Below, in pieces: positions 38,646 through 48,869 of a stretch of DNA of 64,000 nucleotides. This stretch comes from Bacteroidia bacterium (GTDB lineage: Bacteria; Bacteroidota; Bacteroidia; NS11-12g; UBA955), in the NCBI GenBank assembly GCA_044373665.1, contig JBIPNH010000004.1:1196-65195 (forward strand), in the 5' to 3' direction. Positions within the stretch are counted from its first letter, which is position 1; the number at the start of each line of letters is the position of its first letter. Made by a program: the position numbers and the translations under genes. The notes under the pieces were generated by a model, which saw nothing but the letters and a program-made list of their open reading frames with translations, searched no databases and had not been told where the DNA came from.

Positions 38646-39547
38646 TCTTTAATCAGTTCTTGGTAGGTGTATATTTTATGAAACCCTTTTTGCTTAAAAT
38701 AGTTTTCGGTATTGTCGCCTGTTGCTAATATGTAATCGCCACCCCAAGCACCCAAGCTTTTGATACTTCCTTTAAAATCGGGGAACAATTCCTGCTTGAT
38801 TGTTGGTCGGTTTAACAAGCGCGAGGTTTCACTTTCGGCTAATTCAAGCATCAAGCAAAATTCATAATAATCGTCATTAGCGGCTATCAGTTTGCTGATG
38901 TTAGAGATTTGCGCAATCTGAGTTTTATCAATCGGGTGCTTAATTGCAGTCAGTTGATTTCTGCTTATTTGTTTTTTATTAAGATAAACGAAATACAACT
39001 TATCGGTAAAGTTTTTTTGCCAATTAACAATTTCAACAAGCGGTTGATTACCATTCATGGTGTATAAAAGTGGTTGACCATTTAATGCCACAGCCACATC
39101 AAAACCGCTGCCTTTGAAAGCATTGAAGTGCAATGAAAATGGATTAACATCGGCCCAAAGTGCGATGTTATTTGTTAATGTAGAACTACTTCCAAAACCA
39201 TCTTCTTTATCAAACTCCAAATAATTATTCACTACATAAACGCCTTTTTCTTGCAAGAAATCTGGGTTTAAGACTTGTGCATTTTTTAAAAAACGAAACA
39301 ATTGAATGGACACATCATTGGAATTGGTTTGGGTTACAAAAAAGTGGGGTAATTGAATTTCAGCAAAGTACCATTTGTTCATGCTTGAATCGTAACTGTG
39401 CCATTGGATACAATGTTGCTCCTCGGAAGGCGTAAAAGTAACTTGCATTTTCTGCCCTAACATGGTAGGCAAAGCAAAACATGTAGCACCATAAAGCACC
39501 GCATATTCGCCCGAAAGCATTATTTTACCATGACTGTAAAACTCCAT
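38642..39547 (-). CDS. GHMP-family kinase, GYDIA-type (presumed phosphomevalonate kinase)
   Basis: 301 aa; KIMLSGEYAVLYG N-terminus, GFGSSSTLTNNIA GHMP motif, SGFDVAVA (GYDIA-like), GAWGGDY. Sits between HMGR and mvaD. Confidence 0.65.
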   Translation of the reverse strand: MEFYSHGKIMLSGEYAVLYGATCFALPTMLGQKMQVTFTPSEEQHCIQWHSYDSSMNKWYFAEIQLPHFFVTQTNSNDVSIQLFRFLKNAQVLNPDFLQEKGVYVVNNYLEFDKEDGFGSSSTLTNNIALWADVNPFSLHFNAFKGSGFDVAVALNGQPLLYTMNGNQPLVEIVNWQKNFTDKLYFVYLNKKQISRNQLTAIKHPIDKTQIAQISNISKLIAANDDYYEFCLMLELAESETSRLLNRPTIKQELFPDFKGSIKSLGAWGGDYILATGDNTENYFKQKGFHKIYTYQELIKE

Positions 39548-39555
39548 TGAACTTG

Positions 39556-39588
39556 CAAAAATAATGAATTTTCCGCAGTACAGCGGAA
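39556..39588 (-). promoter_or_regulatory. hairpin plus candidate -7 box in the HMGR / GHMP-kinase spacer
   Basis: TTCCGC-AGTACA-GCGGAA stem-loop (39571-39588). On the minus strand it is followed by TATTTTTG (39563-39556, matching TAnnTTTG), 8 nt before the kinase ATG. Confidence 0.25.
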
Positions 39589-39713
39589 TGTTAAATTGTT
39601 AAATTGTTGCATTGCTTAACTGTTTCACGCATGAAAACTGCGAGAGGGTTTAAATTGCTTTCTTTGGGTGAAATACCTCTATGCTATCAATGTTTTATGA
39701 GATAAAAATACAA

Positions 39714-41054
39714 CTAACAGCTTTTAACCTCTCCTCTGATTGTTGTAAAAATATTCACAACAGCACTGTAGCTTACTACATTGTGTTTAAAGTGTTCTAC
39801 TATTCTTACTTTTTCCTCTTCAGTAGCTTCCAATTGGTTGAGGATGTTTAATAAGTGCATTTTCATGTGTCCTTTTTGTATCCCTGAGGTAACCAAAGAA
39901 CGCAAGGCTGAAAAGTTTTGTGCCAAACCAACTACAGCCGTAATACGCATTAATTCTTGCGCATTAGGATTGCCCAACATTTTGTATGCAAACTTAACCA
40001 TGGGGTGCAAATTGGTTAATCCACCCACAGTTCCCAGTGCTAATGGAATGTCTAACCAAAACCTGAACATACCATCTTTAACTTCGGCGTGGGTTAAACT
40101 GCTGTATGAGCCGTTGCGTGAAGCATAGGTGTGTGCAGAAGCTTCTACCGCTCTAAAATCATTGCCTGTAGCCAGTACCACACTATCAATGCCATTCATG
40201 ATGCCTTTGTTGTGCGTGGTAGCTCGATAGGGCTCTATTTCTGCTATTCTTACGGCTCTACAAAATTTCTCTACAAAGTACTCCCCTGTCATGTCATCGC
40301 CACTTTCTGTCATTTCAGAAATGGGAGCTTTTACCTCGGCTCTAACAATGCAATTTGGTGTGTAATTGCTCAAAATACACATAATCACTTCGATGTTTCT
40401 ATCTTCCTCTTTTAAAACCGTTGCATGAACAATTTCTTCTTTTAAAATCTTTGAAAACTCTTCTAATACCGAATTAATAAAATTAGCCCCCATACTGTCG
40501 CAGGTTTCGAAAGTGGCTTTCAATTGGTAGTAATGTGGTTCTTTATCGGTTTGATTAACGAGTTCCAAATTCAAAATACCTCCTCCACGTTGTTGCATGT
40601 TTTTGGTAATATGATTGGTATTGGCGATTAAAGTAGGCTTTACGGTCTCAAAGAAATTGAATAAATCTGTAGGATTTTCGCCTTTCCATATAAAGTGCAC
40701 ATGACCAATTTTTTCAGTACTGATAATTTGGGTGTGAAAACCACCTCTACTCAACCAAAAATTGGCCGACTTGGCTGCTGCTGCCACCACCGAACTTTCT
40801 TCGATAGCCATTGGCACACAGTACATTTTATCGTCAATCAAAAAGTTGGGCGCTATTCCAAAAGGCAAATAAAAATTGGTAATTGTATTTTCAATAAACT
40901 CATCGTGCAACTTTTGGGTAGCTGCATCGGGGTGCCAATAGGATTTCAGAAAAGAGATTGCTTGTTCATCACCATTGAGGTAATTGGCAACAATCCATTC
41001 TATTTTGGCTTCTTTGCTTAGTTTAGAAAATCCTTTAATACTTTTATTTTGCAT
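39714..41054 (-). CDS. hydroxymethylglutaryl-CoA reductase, class II
   Basis: 446 aa, soluble. MAIEESSVVAAAAKSA, CDSMGANFINS and TTHNKGIMNGID motifs resemble class II (P. mevalonii-type) HMGR. Confidence 0.88.
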   Translation of the reverse strand: MQNKSIKGFSKLSKEAKIEWIVANYLNGDEQAISFLKSYWHPDAATQKLHDEFIENTITNFYLPFGIAPNFLIDDKMYCVPMAIEESSVVAAAAKSANFWLSRGGFHTQIISTEKIGHVHFIWKGENPTDLFNFFETVKPTLIANTNHITKNMQQRGGGILNLELVNQTDKEPHYYQLKATFETCDSMGANFINSVLEEFSKILKEEIVHATVLKEEDRNIEVIMCILSNYTPNCIVRAEVKAPISEMTESGDDMTGEYFVEKFCRAVRIAEIEPYRATTHNKGIMNGIDSVVLATGNDFRAVEASAHTYASRNGSYSSLTHAEVKDGMFRFWLDIPLALGTVGGLTNLHPMVKFAYKMLGNPNAQELMRITAVVGLAQNFSALRSLVTSGIQKGHMKMHLLNILNQLEATEEEKVRIVEHFKHNVVSYSAVVNIFTTIRGEVKSC

Positions 41055-41071
41055 GATAGCTTGGTGTGGTT

Positions 41072-42079
41072 TTATTTAACAGTTAAAAATTGATAACAAG
41101 TTTGAAGTCCTTTTTGTTGTAATTGACAGTATGATTGTAATTCTTGATAGTCGGCTGTTGCATGTTTCAAAAATCCAGAAGCTTGCGCATAAATAGCCTT
41201 CATTTTTGATTTTTGTATCAAATAATAACCATCTAAATAATTCTTAATTCCTCCACTTATAATCAACTGTTTACAAAGCGCTTTTGTACCCAATTCTTGA
41301 ACTGCTTGGTTTGCAAAATCCACCATTTCTGTGGCGGTGTGTCCGATATAGGTTATGGGTTGAAGCAATTCTTTGGTTAATTCATTTTGACGGTGAAGTT
41401 CTAATGTAGCAAAGTTAGTCCCTCCAAAAGCACCAAACTCAATTGCTTCGATAGGAAGTTGAATTAATTCCATGAGTGATTTTGGTCCGAACCCTTGCCC
41501 AACTTCTTTCACCATTATTTTATAGTTAGCAATATCCAACAAACGCTTGATAGTATCGATGGGTGGATTTTTGATAATATCACCCTCGGGTTGCAACCAT
41601 TCTTGCAACGGATTAACGTGAACGATTAAACCATCGGCTTGTAGTTTTTTAACTAATTCTTCAATTTTATAGGTTTGTTTACTTTCCAAAAGCTCTTCGA
41701 TTTGGGCTATCCCAAGGTTAGCAAAAAGTGGTAAATCATTCCCTAAAATAGGACGAATATTAAAGTCGTTAAAGTAAGTATCACTGTCGAGTATAATTCT
41801 GCAACTACCTAATCCAATGCCCATTCCAAACTCGTTACAAGCTTTTGCTAAATTGCGATTGATAATACCTGCTTGTTGGGTTCCGCCAGTCATGCTACTC
41901 ACCCACAAAGGCAGGGCGCATTGTTTGTCAGCGATATTGCTAACTGGGATGGCATTGTTATGAGGATGTGAAGCTAAAAAAGGCTCGTAATAAAAACGGG
42001 TATCATTTTGTAGCGTTTGGGAGATGAGAGCTAACTCAATGTGGTCTTTTTTGCGTTCAGAGGTTTGTTGCGTATCCAA
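41072..42079 (-). CDS. fni: type 2 (FMN-dependent) isopentenyl-diphosphate delta-isomerase
   Basis: 335 aa; RKKDHIELA N-terminus, SSMTGGT, VKEVGQG, ISGGI motifs. TTG start as given by the track. Confidence 0.88.
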   Translation of the reverse strand: MDTQQTSERKKDHIELALISQTLQNDTRFYYEPFLASHPHNNAIPVSNIADKQCALPLWVSSMTGGTQQAGIINRNLAKACNEFGMGIGLGSCRIILDSDTYFNDFNIRPILGNDLPLFANLGIAQIEELLESKQTYKIEELVKKLQADGLIVHVNPLQEWLQPEGDIIKNPPIDTIKRLLDIANYKIMVKEVGQGFGPKSLMELIQLPIEAIEFGAFGGTNFATLELHRQNELTKELLQPITYIGHTATEMVDFANQAVQELGTKALCKQLIISGGIKNYLDGYYLIQKSKMKAIYAQASGFLKHATADYQELQSYCQLQQKGLQTCYQFLTVK

Positions 42080-42289
42080 AACTTATTGATTAATAAATAT
42101 TTAACCACAAAGTTAAGATTTTGTTTGATATTATTGAATTTTTAAGATTTTTTAAAAAGGTATATATAACAAAAATCTGTTCGATTTTGAGTCCTTATTG
42201 GTCTCCACTTAAAATAGAACTTGAAAGTTTTTTTATAGAAAAGTCGACTAGTTTAGTTAATCAAATAACCATTAATGAAAGACAGAAAT

Positions 42290-42339
42290 ACACTTTTTCG
42301 AAGGAAAAAATGTAAGCTTTAACACTTTTTCGAAGGAAA
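42290..42339. promoter_or_regulatory. 18-bp direct repeat pair upstream of the idi2-HMGR unit
   Basis: ACACTTTTTCGAAGGAAA at 42290-42307 and 42322-42339 (period 32 bp), each with a TTCGAA palindromic core, 210-260 bp upstream of the idi2 start. Confidence 0.3.
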
Positions 42340-42365
42340 GTTATTTGTAATTTTAAAAAACTAAT

Positions 42366-42394
42366 AAAAAAAGCCACAAATTAATGTGGCTTTT
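42366..42394 (-). terminator. rho-independent (bidirectional-looking) terminator after the M1 peptidase gene
   Basis: A7-GCCACA-AATTAA-TGTGGC-T4. On the minus strand the hairpin is followed by T7, about 30 nt after the stop at 42421. Confidence 0.65.
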
Positions 42395-42420
42395 CAATTT
42401 TTTTTAAAAAATACTAAGTA

Positions 42421-44862
42421 CTATTTAATTACTCCGTATTGTTTCAATGTTTCCTTTTGTTCATCGTTCAACCCTTCAATTGATTTATTGATCATTTCAA
42501 GATTTTCAGACTTTTTACTCATGTTTTTAAGATAGCCTGCACATGGTCCTGCTAATCTTGAATTGTAGGTCAACACTGCATCTATTAAATGGTTAACAAT
42601 CTCTTGATTACAAATCCCTAATCTGTTTAAAGCCCCACCCGCTGCAACACGTGTTCTAAATTCGTAATTGGCACTTATCAAGTTTGTTAAAGATGCTTGA
42701 TGTAATTCTCTGCTTTTGTTACCTTCATTCAATTTGTAAGCATGCTCTAGCCATTTAACTCTTACATTGTTATTTTGACCAGAAACTGCAGCAGTTATTG
42801 ACAAGTATTTTGCTTTTTCTTTGTCGCTAATTGCTTTACTTTTCATTAATTTATCCAATGAATTTTCAACCACAGAGTATGCACTGTCCATTAACAACAT
42901 TTCAAAAATTTCTTTTGTATCAACAACATTAGTATCTGCTTGGATAAAGGCATTTTTAACTTCTGCTTTACTATCTTTTACTATGTTTTTGTACCATTTA
43001 TTTAATCCTTTTTGATTGGCCAATTGTTTCGCAATTTCTGCTCTAATGGCATGGTGTTTTTCTGCTGCAAAACGCGCTTGTAAAAGGGCTTGTTTGTCTT
43101 TCAGTGGAATGTCTTTCATGGCTAAAACGGCATCATAACGGTCGATCATATAAGTTGCTTTAGCAGCTTGTGCAAACAGTTCATCATTGTATTTTTTGAA
43201 CGTCATTTTTTTCATTACATTGCTTCTTTCATCAAACAAAACAAAATCAATAATATCTGACGCAGGATGTTTAACTGCAATATTTTGTACAGCACTGTCT
43301 GCTACCCAAATAGTGGTTCTGTGTATACTTCCATTTTTGTAATAAACAGCAACATCTACAGGTGTTTTAAAATAACGCACATGTCCATCGGTTTTGTGAA
43401 CTTGTTTAATCTCAAAATTCACGGTTTGTCTATTGGCAACATAACTCACTTCAAAATGTGGTTCACCACCTCTGTGAATCCATTGGTCAAAAAACCAATC
43501 GTAATTCATTCCCAATTTGTCTTTTAGTGCTTTTTGAAAATCCCAAGACTCCACATTTTTAAATCCATTTACAGTCAAGTAATGTTGAATAAAGCGTTTG
43601 AAATTATCATCCCCCAATTGGTGTCTTAACATACTCAAAACAGCACTCCCTTTAGGATACAAGCGGGTAGTTCCTCCTTTGGTGTGTCTTACAGGGAAAT
43701 GGTCTTTTTCGCTTTGCGCTAAAGCTGAATTATGTTCACCTCTAACTCCCCATTGGTAAGCATCGTCACCTTCCAACTCCTTGAAAAACAATTTAGGATA
43801 AAAAGTAGCAAAACTTTCTTGAAGCCAAACATCACTTCCACCACGGGCTGTAATTAAATCGCCAAACCATTGGTGGGTAAGTTCATGGTGATTAACACCC
43901 ATGTAATTTCTGTCTTTAAACCCGCGGGCATCCGTTGTAAAAAAATCTCCAAAAATAGTTGCCGAGGTATTTTCCATAGCTCCGTATAAGAAATTTTGAA
44001 CCATTACTTGAGAATAAGAACCCCATGCATAAGGAGTACCCGTTTCATCTTCCAAATGTTCTATCATTTTTTCAGTGTGTAAACTGGTGTAATGAACACG
44101 GTCTTTAAATTCAGGATAATACCAAAATTGAACTGGCGTTCCACGCTTGGTTGTAGTCGCTTTTATTTCATAGTTACCTATAGCCAACATCAACAAATAA
44201 CCTGCATGAGGTTTTTCCATAGCATAATGCCAAGTAGAAGTTCCATTACCATTGTCTTTTACAGACATTTGTTTCCCGTTAGACAATACTTTGTAAGGAT
44301 TAGGCATAGTTGTTACTGTTTCTGTAATAAATTTATCGCCCATGTCGTCGTACATCGGTATCCAATGTCTGTTATCAATACCTTGACCTTGAGTCCATAT
44401 TTGTTTACGGATGTAATTAATATCAGCAGTTCCTGTATTTTCTGATTGATTCCAACCAATAAAATAAATTCCTTTTTTAGGTTTAGCAGTGTAAGTAAAT
44501 GTAATTTGGTGTTTTTCATCCCAATTTAAAGATTTAGCAAACTTAACAACCACCCCTTCTTTATTAGAATAAAAACTAAGTGGTGTGTTATCGATAGTAG
44601 CGGTTAATATTTGTATGCTTGGGGCATTAAAAAACAGAGTATCTATGCCATTTTGTAAAGTTGTGAATTGGTGCGTTACTTTTCCATTCACTTGAGCCAA
44701 TTTTGTTTCGAAGCTAACTTCTACACGCATGTGAGTTATATCTACACTGTGATTGCGTTCGGCTGCATCAGGATCAGCTAAATAATGAATGTGAGGAACC
44801 TCAGTTTGAGCAAAAGCTGCAACTGAAAAAATTGATAAAATGAATACTAAAAATTTTGCCAT
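42421..44862 (-). CDS. M1-family zinc metallopeptidase (aminopeptidase N-like), secreted
   Basis: 813 aa; signal peptide; GAMEN motif (YGAMENTS) and HELTHQWFGD-x18-E (WLQE) zinc site. Confidence 0.9.
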   Translation of the reverse strand: MAKFLVFILSIFSVAAFAQTEVPHIHYLADPDAAERNHSVDITHMRVEVSFETKLAQVNGKVTHQFTTLQNGIDTLFFNAPSIQILTATIDNTPLSFYSNKEGVVVKFAKSLNWDEKHQITFTYTAKPKKGIYFIGWNQSENTGTADINYIRKQIWTQGQGIDNRHWIPMYDDMGDKFITETVTTMPNPYKVLSNGKQMSVKDNGNGTSTWHYAMEKPHAGYLLMLAIGNYEIKATTTKRGTPVQFWYYPEFKDRVHYTSLHTEKMIEHLEDETGTPYAWGSYSQVMVQNFLYGAMENTSATIFGDFFTTDARGFKDRNYMGVNHHELTHQWFGDLITARGGSDVWLQESFATFYPKLFFKELEGDDAYQWGVRGEHNSALAQSEKDHFPVRHTKGGTTRLYPKGSAVLSMLRHQLGDDNFKRFIQHYLTVNGFKNVESWDFQKALKDKLGMNYDWFFDQWIHRGGEPHFEVSYVANRQTVNFEIKQVHKTDGHVRYFKTPVDVAVYYKNGSIHRTTIWVADSAVQNIAVKHPASDIIDFVLFDERSNVMKKMTFKKYNDELFAQAAKATYMIDRYDAVLAMKDIPLKDKQALLQARFAAEKHHAIRAEIAKQLANQKGLNKWYKNIVKDSKAEVKNAFIQADTNVVDTKEIFEMLLMDSAYSVVENSLDKLMKSKAISDKEKAKYLSITAAVSGQNNNVRVKWLEHAYKLNEGNKSRELHQASLTNLISANYEFRTRVAAGGALNRLGICNQEIVNHLIDAVLTYNSRLAGPCAGYLKNMSKKSENLEMINKSIEGLNDEQKETLKQYGVIK

Positions 44863-44929
44863 TTATTTGATATATAAAGGGCAAAAATAAGGAAATTAAT
44901 TGAATGACGAAATTCAGTTAGTAACGGTT

Positions 44930-45508
44930 TTATTTTGCCATCATTTTGGCAATGTATTTACCTAAAATATCAAATTCTATATTGACCAAATCGCCCACTT
45001 TAAGTTGTTTAAAAACAGTATTTTCATAAGTATAGGGGATTATAGCCACAGAAAAAGATTGGTCTTTACTATCCACTACAGTTAAGCTTGTTCCATTGAC
45101 ACAGATAGAGCCTTTTTCTACAGTAATATAATCGCCCTGATAAGTAAAAGTATATTTCCAACTGCCATTCTCGTCGAGAATATGAGTACAAACAGCGTTT
45201 GTATCCACGTGTCCTTGAACAATATGACCATCAAAGCGACCGTTGGCGGGCATGCATCGCTCCAAATTTACCAAAGTACCAATTTGCCAATGTTTAAGAT
45301 TCGTTTTATCTAAAGTTTCCTTAATAGCCGTTACTTGGTGCTCGTATTGATTGACTTCAATAACTGTTAAACAAACACCATTGTGTGCTAAACTTTGGTC
45401 AATTTTTAGCTCATTGCTAAACGAAGATTTAACAGTGTAAGTCACGTTATTTTGATGACTATCGATTGCGGAAATAGTTCCAACTGTTTCTATTATTCCT
45501 GTAAACAT
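44930..45508 (-). CDS. ribE: riboflavin synthase (alpha chain)
   Basis: 192 aa; MFTGIIE N-terminus, two lumazine-binding repeats (NGVCLTV / NGTSLTV). Confidence 0.92.
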   Translation of the reverse strand: MFTGIIETVGTISAIDSHQNNVTYTVKSSFSNELKIDQSLAHNGVCLTVIEVNQYEHQVTAIKETLDKTNLKHWQIGTLVNLERCMPANGRFDGHIVQGHVDTNAVCTHILDENGSWKYTFTYQGDYITVEKGSICVNGTSLTVVDSKDQSFSVAIIPYTYENTVFKQLKVGDLVNIEFDILGKYIAKMMAK

Positions 45509-45554
45509 TTGATGGCAAAATTAATGGATTTGAACCTAGAGTCCATTATGTATT

Positions 45555-48053
45555 TTAAAAATTGGCAACGAGTCTGACATTCAACAATCTTCCTGTTAAA
45601 TAATTGGGAACCCCTAAGGTGTTATTATTAAAATCTTTAACCCAAATATAAGAGATAACATTGTTAATTTGTAAAAGATTATAAACATCGACACCTATCC
45701 ATAATTTCTCAATGTTTTTAGGTTTTAACTTGGTGCGTTTGCCTCCTATAATCACTTTACTAAACCCTATGTCCACTCTTCTGTAGGGTGGAATTCGGTA
45801 TGCTTCGGTATAACGGGCATTGCCTCCCAAATAATAAGGTAAACTTGACCCAAAATTGAGCATCAAGTGCATTCTGTAATCGGGATTGGTTTTTAATTCG
45901 TCTTCAAACATAACAGAGGCACTTACCCTTCGGTCTGTTGGTCGGCGCAGTGAAGCACTTTCGGTAATCACGCTATCCTGATTCATGTATCTGATAATTT
46001 CATCTGTTTTGAGAATACTAAGCGTAAACCAATTTTCGAGTCCTTTGATAAACTGTCCATTGATTCTAGCATCAATACCTGTAGCATAAGCACGGGCCGT
46101 ATTGTCGCCATAATATCTAATTCTAACATTGTCCAAAACATAAGGGACCATGTAATCCAAATGTTTGTAATATCCTTCGGCAAAAAACTTAAAGGGTCTA
46201 CCAAATTTTTTGAATCCAAATTCAATGCCCGCAACAGAGTGAATACTTCTTTGGGCTTTTAGATTGGTATTTACCAAACCATTAAACTGACGCATTTCAC
46301 GGTAAAAAGGTGCTTGGTAATAATAACCAAAAGCCGCTTTCAACAAGATATTTTTTTTATAAATTATTGTGTCTTTACTACTTTCTGATTGTTTGGCATT
46401 GTAGGGTTTATTTGGCTCAAAATACAGCTGAACACGTGGCGAAAACAGAGATTGTTCGTTTAAGCTTGAATACAAAAAGCGACCTCCACCCACTACAGAC
46501 CATTGATTGTACTTACCAAAACCTTGATGATATTGGGTAAATGCTGAAATTCTATCATTGGTAATATTTGTTCTAGAGGCTATGTATTCTACTAATTTAA
46601 CTTCTGTTAATGAAGCAGTAAAGGGATTAACATTATAACCACTTGAGTCATTGTAGCGCCATTCTTTGAAACGATCTTGGATAATTTCTTTTTGGTATTT
46701 GCCTCCCCATAACCATTTGGCATTATGACCTAATACTTTAAGTTTTTTGGTGCCTTGTAAACTGGCATTAATCACATTAAAATTTAAATCATTTCGGGCG
46801 TGATTGATAAAGTAACCACGTCCTAACAAATTTCTTACAGTTCCAAAACCGGAGGAACCAATGTTATTATTTACATCATAAATCTCATAGCCCCCTTGAA
46901 TATCAAAATGTTCTTTTTCCGAGGAAGTATAGGCAGAAACAATGAATTTAATTTCATTTCTGTATTTATTTTTAACTAGAGATAATGCGCCCATTACACT
47001 ACTATAATCAACTATTTCTTGGCCATCCAACCCTATTCTAAGTCGAAGTGCACTTTGTAAAGTTCCAAAAGAAGTTTCTTGAAACTCGGGTTCGAACCTA
47101 AATCGGTTTTGGGCATAATTGACTAAAAACTCAAGTCGGGTAAAGCGGTTAAAATGGAGTGTAATTAGAGATTGTAAATCGCCAAATCTTGAAACATACA
47201 AACCTTGGGCATCCAGTGAATTCAATACATTTTTATTAGCCCTGTATCGACCACCGATAAGAAAAGAGGCTCTTATTGAATCTTTACTACCTACCTTTTT
47301 CTTAGCTTTCAGTATACCTTCCGTATAAAAAGAAGAGCCTAAAATTCCTACTTGTAAACCAGAGGCAAAACGAGTGGGTGAACGATAACCGACGTCAAGC
47401 ACCGAGGACAATTTATCTCCATATTTGGCTTCGAAACCACCTGCAGAAAACACCAAATTATTGACCATATCAGGATTTACAAAACTCAAACCCTCTTGCT
47501 GACCGCTTCTTACCAACTGTGGTCGGTATACTTCAATGTCGTTGACATAGATTAAATTTTCATCATAGCTACCTCCTCTTACATTGTATTGCGAGCTCAA
47601 TTCATTTCCCGAAGATACCCCAGGCAAAGACTTTACATAATCCAAAAAATCACCCGTAATACTTGGGCGCGAATCCATAGGTTTTATGATTAAAATAGTG
47701 CCATTAACCTCTTCTTTTCTTACAGACTTAGTGAATCCGCTAATTTCTACAGTATCAGAACCAATGAAAATATTTAATTCAAAATTTTCGTCAGAATAAA
47801 GTCTTGGAATATTACTGAGTTTGTCGTTGTAGCCAGTCATTTCAAACCTAAGCGTATTTTTCTTTCCCAATAGATAGGGAATTTTATATCCACCAACACT
47901 GTCAGAAAATACAACAGCCTGACTGCTTAAATTGGTGATTTTTACGCCAGATAATTTTTGATTTCTTGCATTATAAACTTTGCCAAAAATGGTGGATTGG
48001 GCATTGCTAGTGATAGCAAAAAACAAAAAAATATTAATTATCCAGAATTTCAA
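45555..48053 (-). CDS. TonB-dependent receptor with N-terminal carboxypeptidase-regulatory-like domain
   Basis: 832 aa; signal peptide, GKVYNARNQKLSGVKI CarbopepD_reg-like start, plug-like region, beta-barrel ending in the aromatic terminal RLVANF. Confidence 0.8.
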   Translation of the reverse strand: MKFWIINIFLFFAITSNAQSTIFGKVYNARNQKLSGVKITNLSSQAVVFSDSVGGYKIPYLLGKKNTLRFEMTGYNDKLSNIPRLYSDENFELNIFIGSDTVEISGFTKSVRKEEVNGTILIIKPMDSRPSITGDFLDYVKSLPGVSSGNELSSQYNVRGGSYDENLIYVNDIEVYRPQLVRSGQQEGLSFVNPDMVNNLVFSAGGFEAKYGDKLSSVLDVGYRSPTRFASGLQVGILGSSFYTEGILKAKKKVGSKDSIRASFLIGGRYRANKNVLNSLDAQGLYVSRFGDLQSLITLHFNRFTRLEFLVNYAQNRFRFEPEFQETSFGTLQSALRLRIGLDGQEIVDYSSVMGALSLVKNKYRNEIKFIVSAYTSSEKEHFDIQGGYEIYDVNNNIGSSGFGTVRNLLGRGYFINHARNDLNFNVINASLQGTKKLKVLGHNAKWLWGGKYQKEIIQDRFKEWRYNDSSGYNVNPFTASLTEVKLVEYIASRTNITNDRISAFTQYHQGFGKYNQWSVVGGGRFLYSSLNEQSLFSPRVQLYFEPNKPYNAKQSESSKDTIIYKKNILLKAAFGYYYQAPFYREMRQFNGLVNTNLKAQRSIHSVAGIEFGFKKFGRPFKFFAEGYYKHLDYMVPYVLDNVRIRYYGDNTARAYATGIDARINGQFIKGLENWFTLSILKTDEIIRYMNQDSVITESASLRRPTDRRVSASVMFEDELKTNPDYRMHLMLNFGSSLPYYLGGNARYTEAYRIPPYRRVDIGFSKVIIGGKRTKLKPKNIEKLWIGVDVYNLLQINNVISYIWVKDFNNNTLGVPNYLTGRLLNVRLVANF

Positions 48054-48083
48054 AGGTATGCTCTTAACGAAGGTAATTGTAAA

Positions 48084-48731
48084 TTATTGTTTGAGAGACG
48101 AAATAGTGACATTTGGATTTTCGGAATTAAAAACCGTATTTCCAGCTACCAAAACTGTGGCCCCTGCGCCTATCAATTGTTTGTAATTTTGTAAAGTAAC
48201 ACCCCCATCAATTTCTATTTCGAAGTTCAGGTTGTGTTGACGTTTCATTTCATTTAATTTCTCAATTTTACGGTAGGTATTTTGAATAAAAGACTGACCA
48301 CCAAAACCAGGATTTACACTCATTAAACACACCAAATCAATATCCCCTATTACATCTTCCAATTGTTGAATACTGGTATGAGGATTGATAGCCACACCTG
48401 CTTTCATCCCTGCTTGTTTAATTGCCTGAATGCTTCGGTGTAAGTGAGGACAAACTTCGATATGTACTGACAATAAGTGAGTGCCATATTCAGCAAAACG
48501 GGTAATATAACGGTCGGGCTCCACTATCATTAAATGCACATCCAATGGTTTTTTGGCGTGTTTTTGAAGCGATGCCATAACAGCAAATCCAAAAGAAATA
48601 TTTGGCACAAACACACCATCCATAATGTCCACATGAAACCAATCTGCTTCACTTTGATTAATCATTTCAATATCTCTTTGAAGGTTGGCAAAGTCGGCAG
48701 ATAATATACTTGGCGCTATTTTGTGAGTCAT
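48084..48731 (-). CDS. rpe: ribulose-phosphate 3-epimerase
   Basis: 215 aa; IAPSILSADF, HVDIMDG, MSVNPGFGGQ motifs. Confidence 0.93.
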   Translation of the reverse strand: MTHKIAPSILSADFANLQRDIEMINQSEADWFHVDIMDGVFVPNISFGFAVMASLQKHAKKPLDVHLMIVEPDRYITRFAEYGTHLLSVHIEVCPHLHRSIQAIKQAGMKAGVAINPHTSIQQLEDVIGDIDLVCLMSVNPGFGGQSFIQNTYRKIEKLNEMKRQHNLNFEIEIDGGVTLQNYKQLIGAGATVLVAGNTVFNSENPNVTISSLKQ

Positions 48732-48869
48732 GCTGCGAATTTAATAGTAATTTTACGAATCCCAAAACAATCCAATTAGAATACCCTTTTCATTTATTCA
48801 AAATACAATTGACCAATGCTCAATATTGGGCAAAAGCAAAACAAAGTTTAAATTGTTATTATTCGAACT

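Noticed and set aside
42121-42315. 64-aa ORF in the idi2 upstream region
   Set aside because: Low-complexity, AT-rich, with no start context. It overlaps the direct-repeat/promoter region and is more likely non-coding.
45509-45554. Looked for an FMN riboswitch upstream of ribE
   Set aside because: Only 46 bp separate ribE from the upstream TonB-dependent receptor gene, so there is no room for the ~130-nt aptamer and no conserved motifs were seen.
47088-47098. GGTTCGAA(C/T)C T-loop-like strings (also at 49900-49909), possible tRNA genes
   Set aside because: Both lie inside well-supported coding regions, and no acceptor or anticodon stems can be drawn around them.
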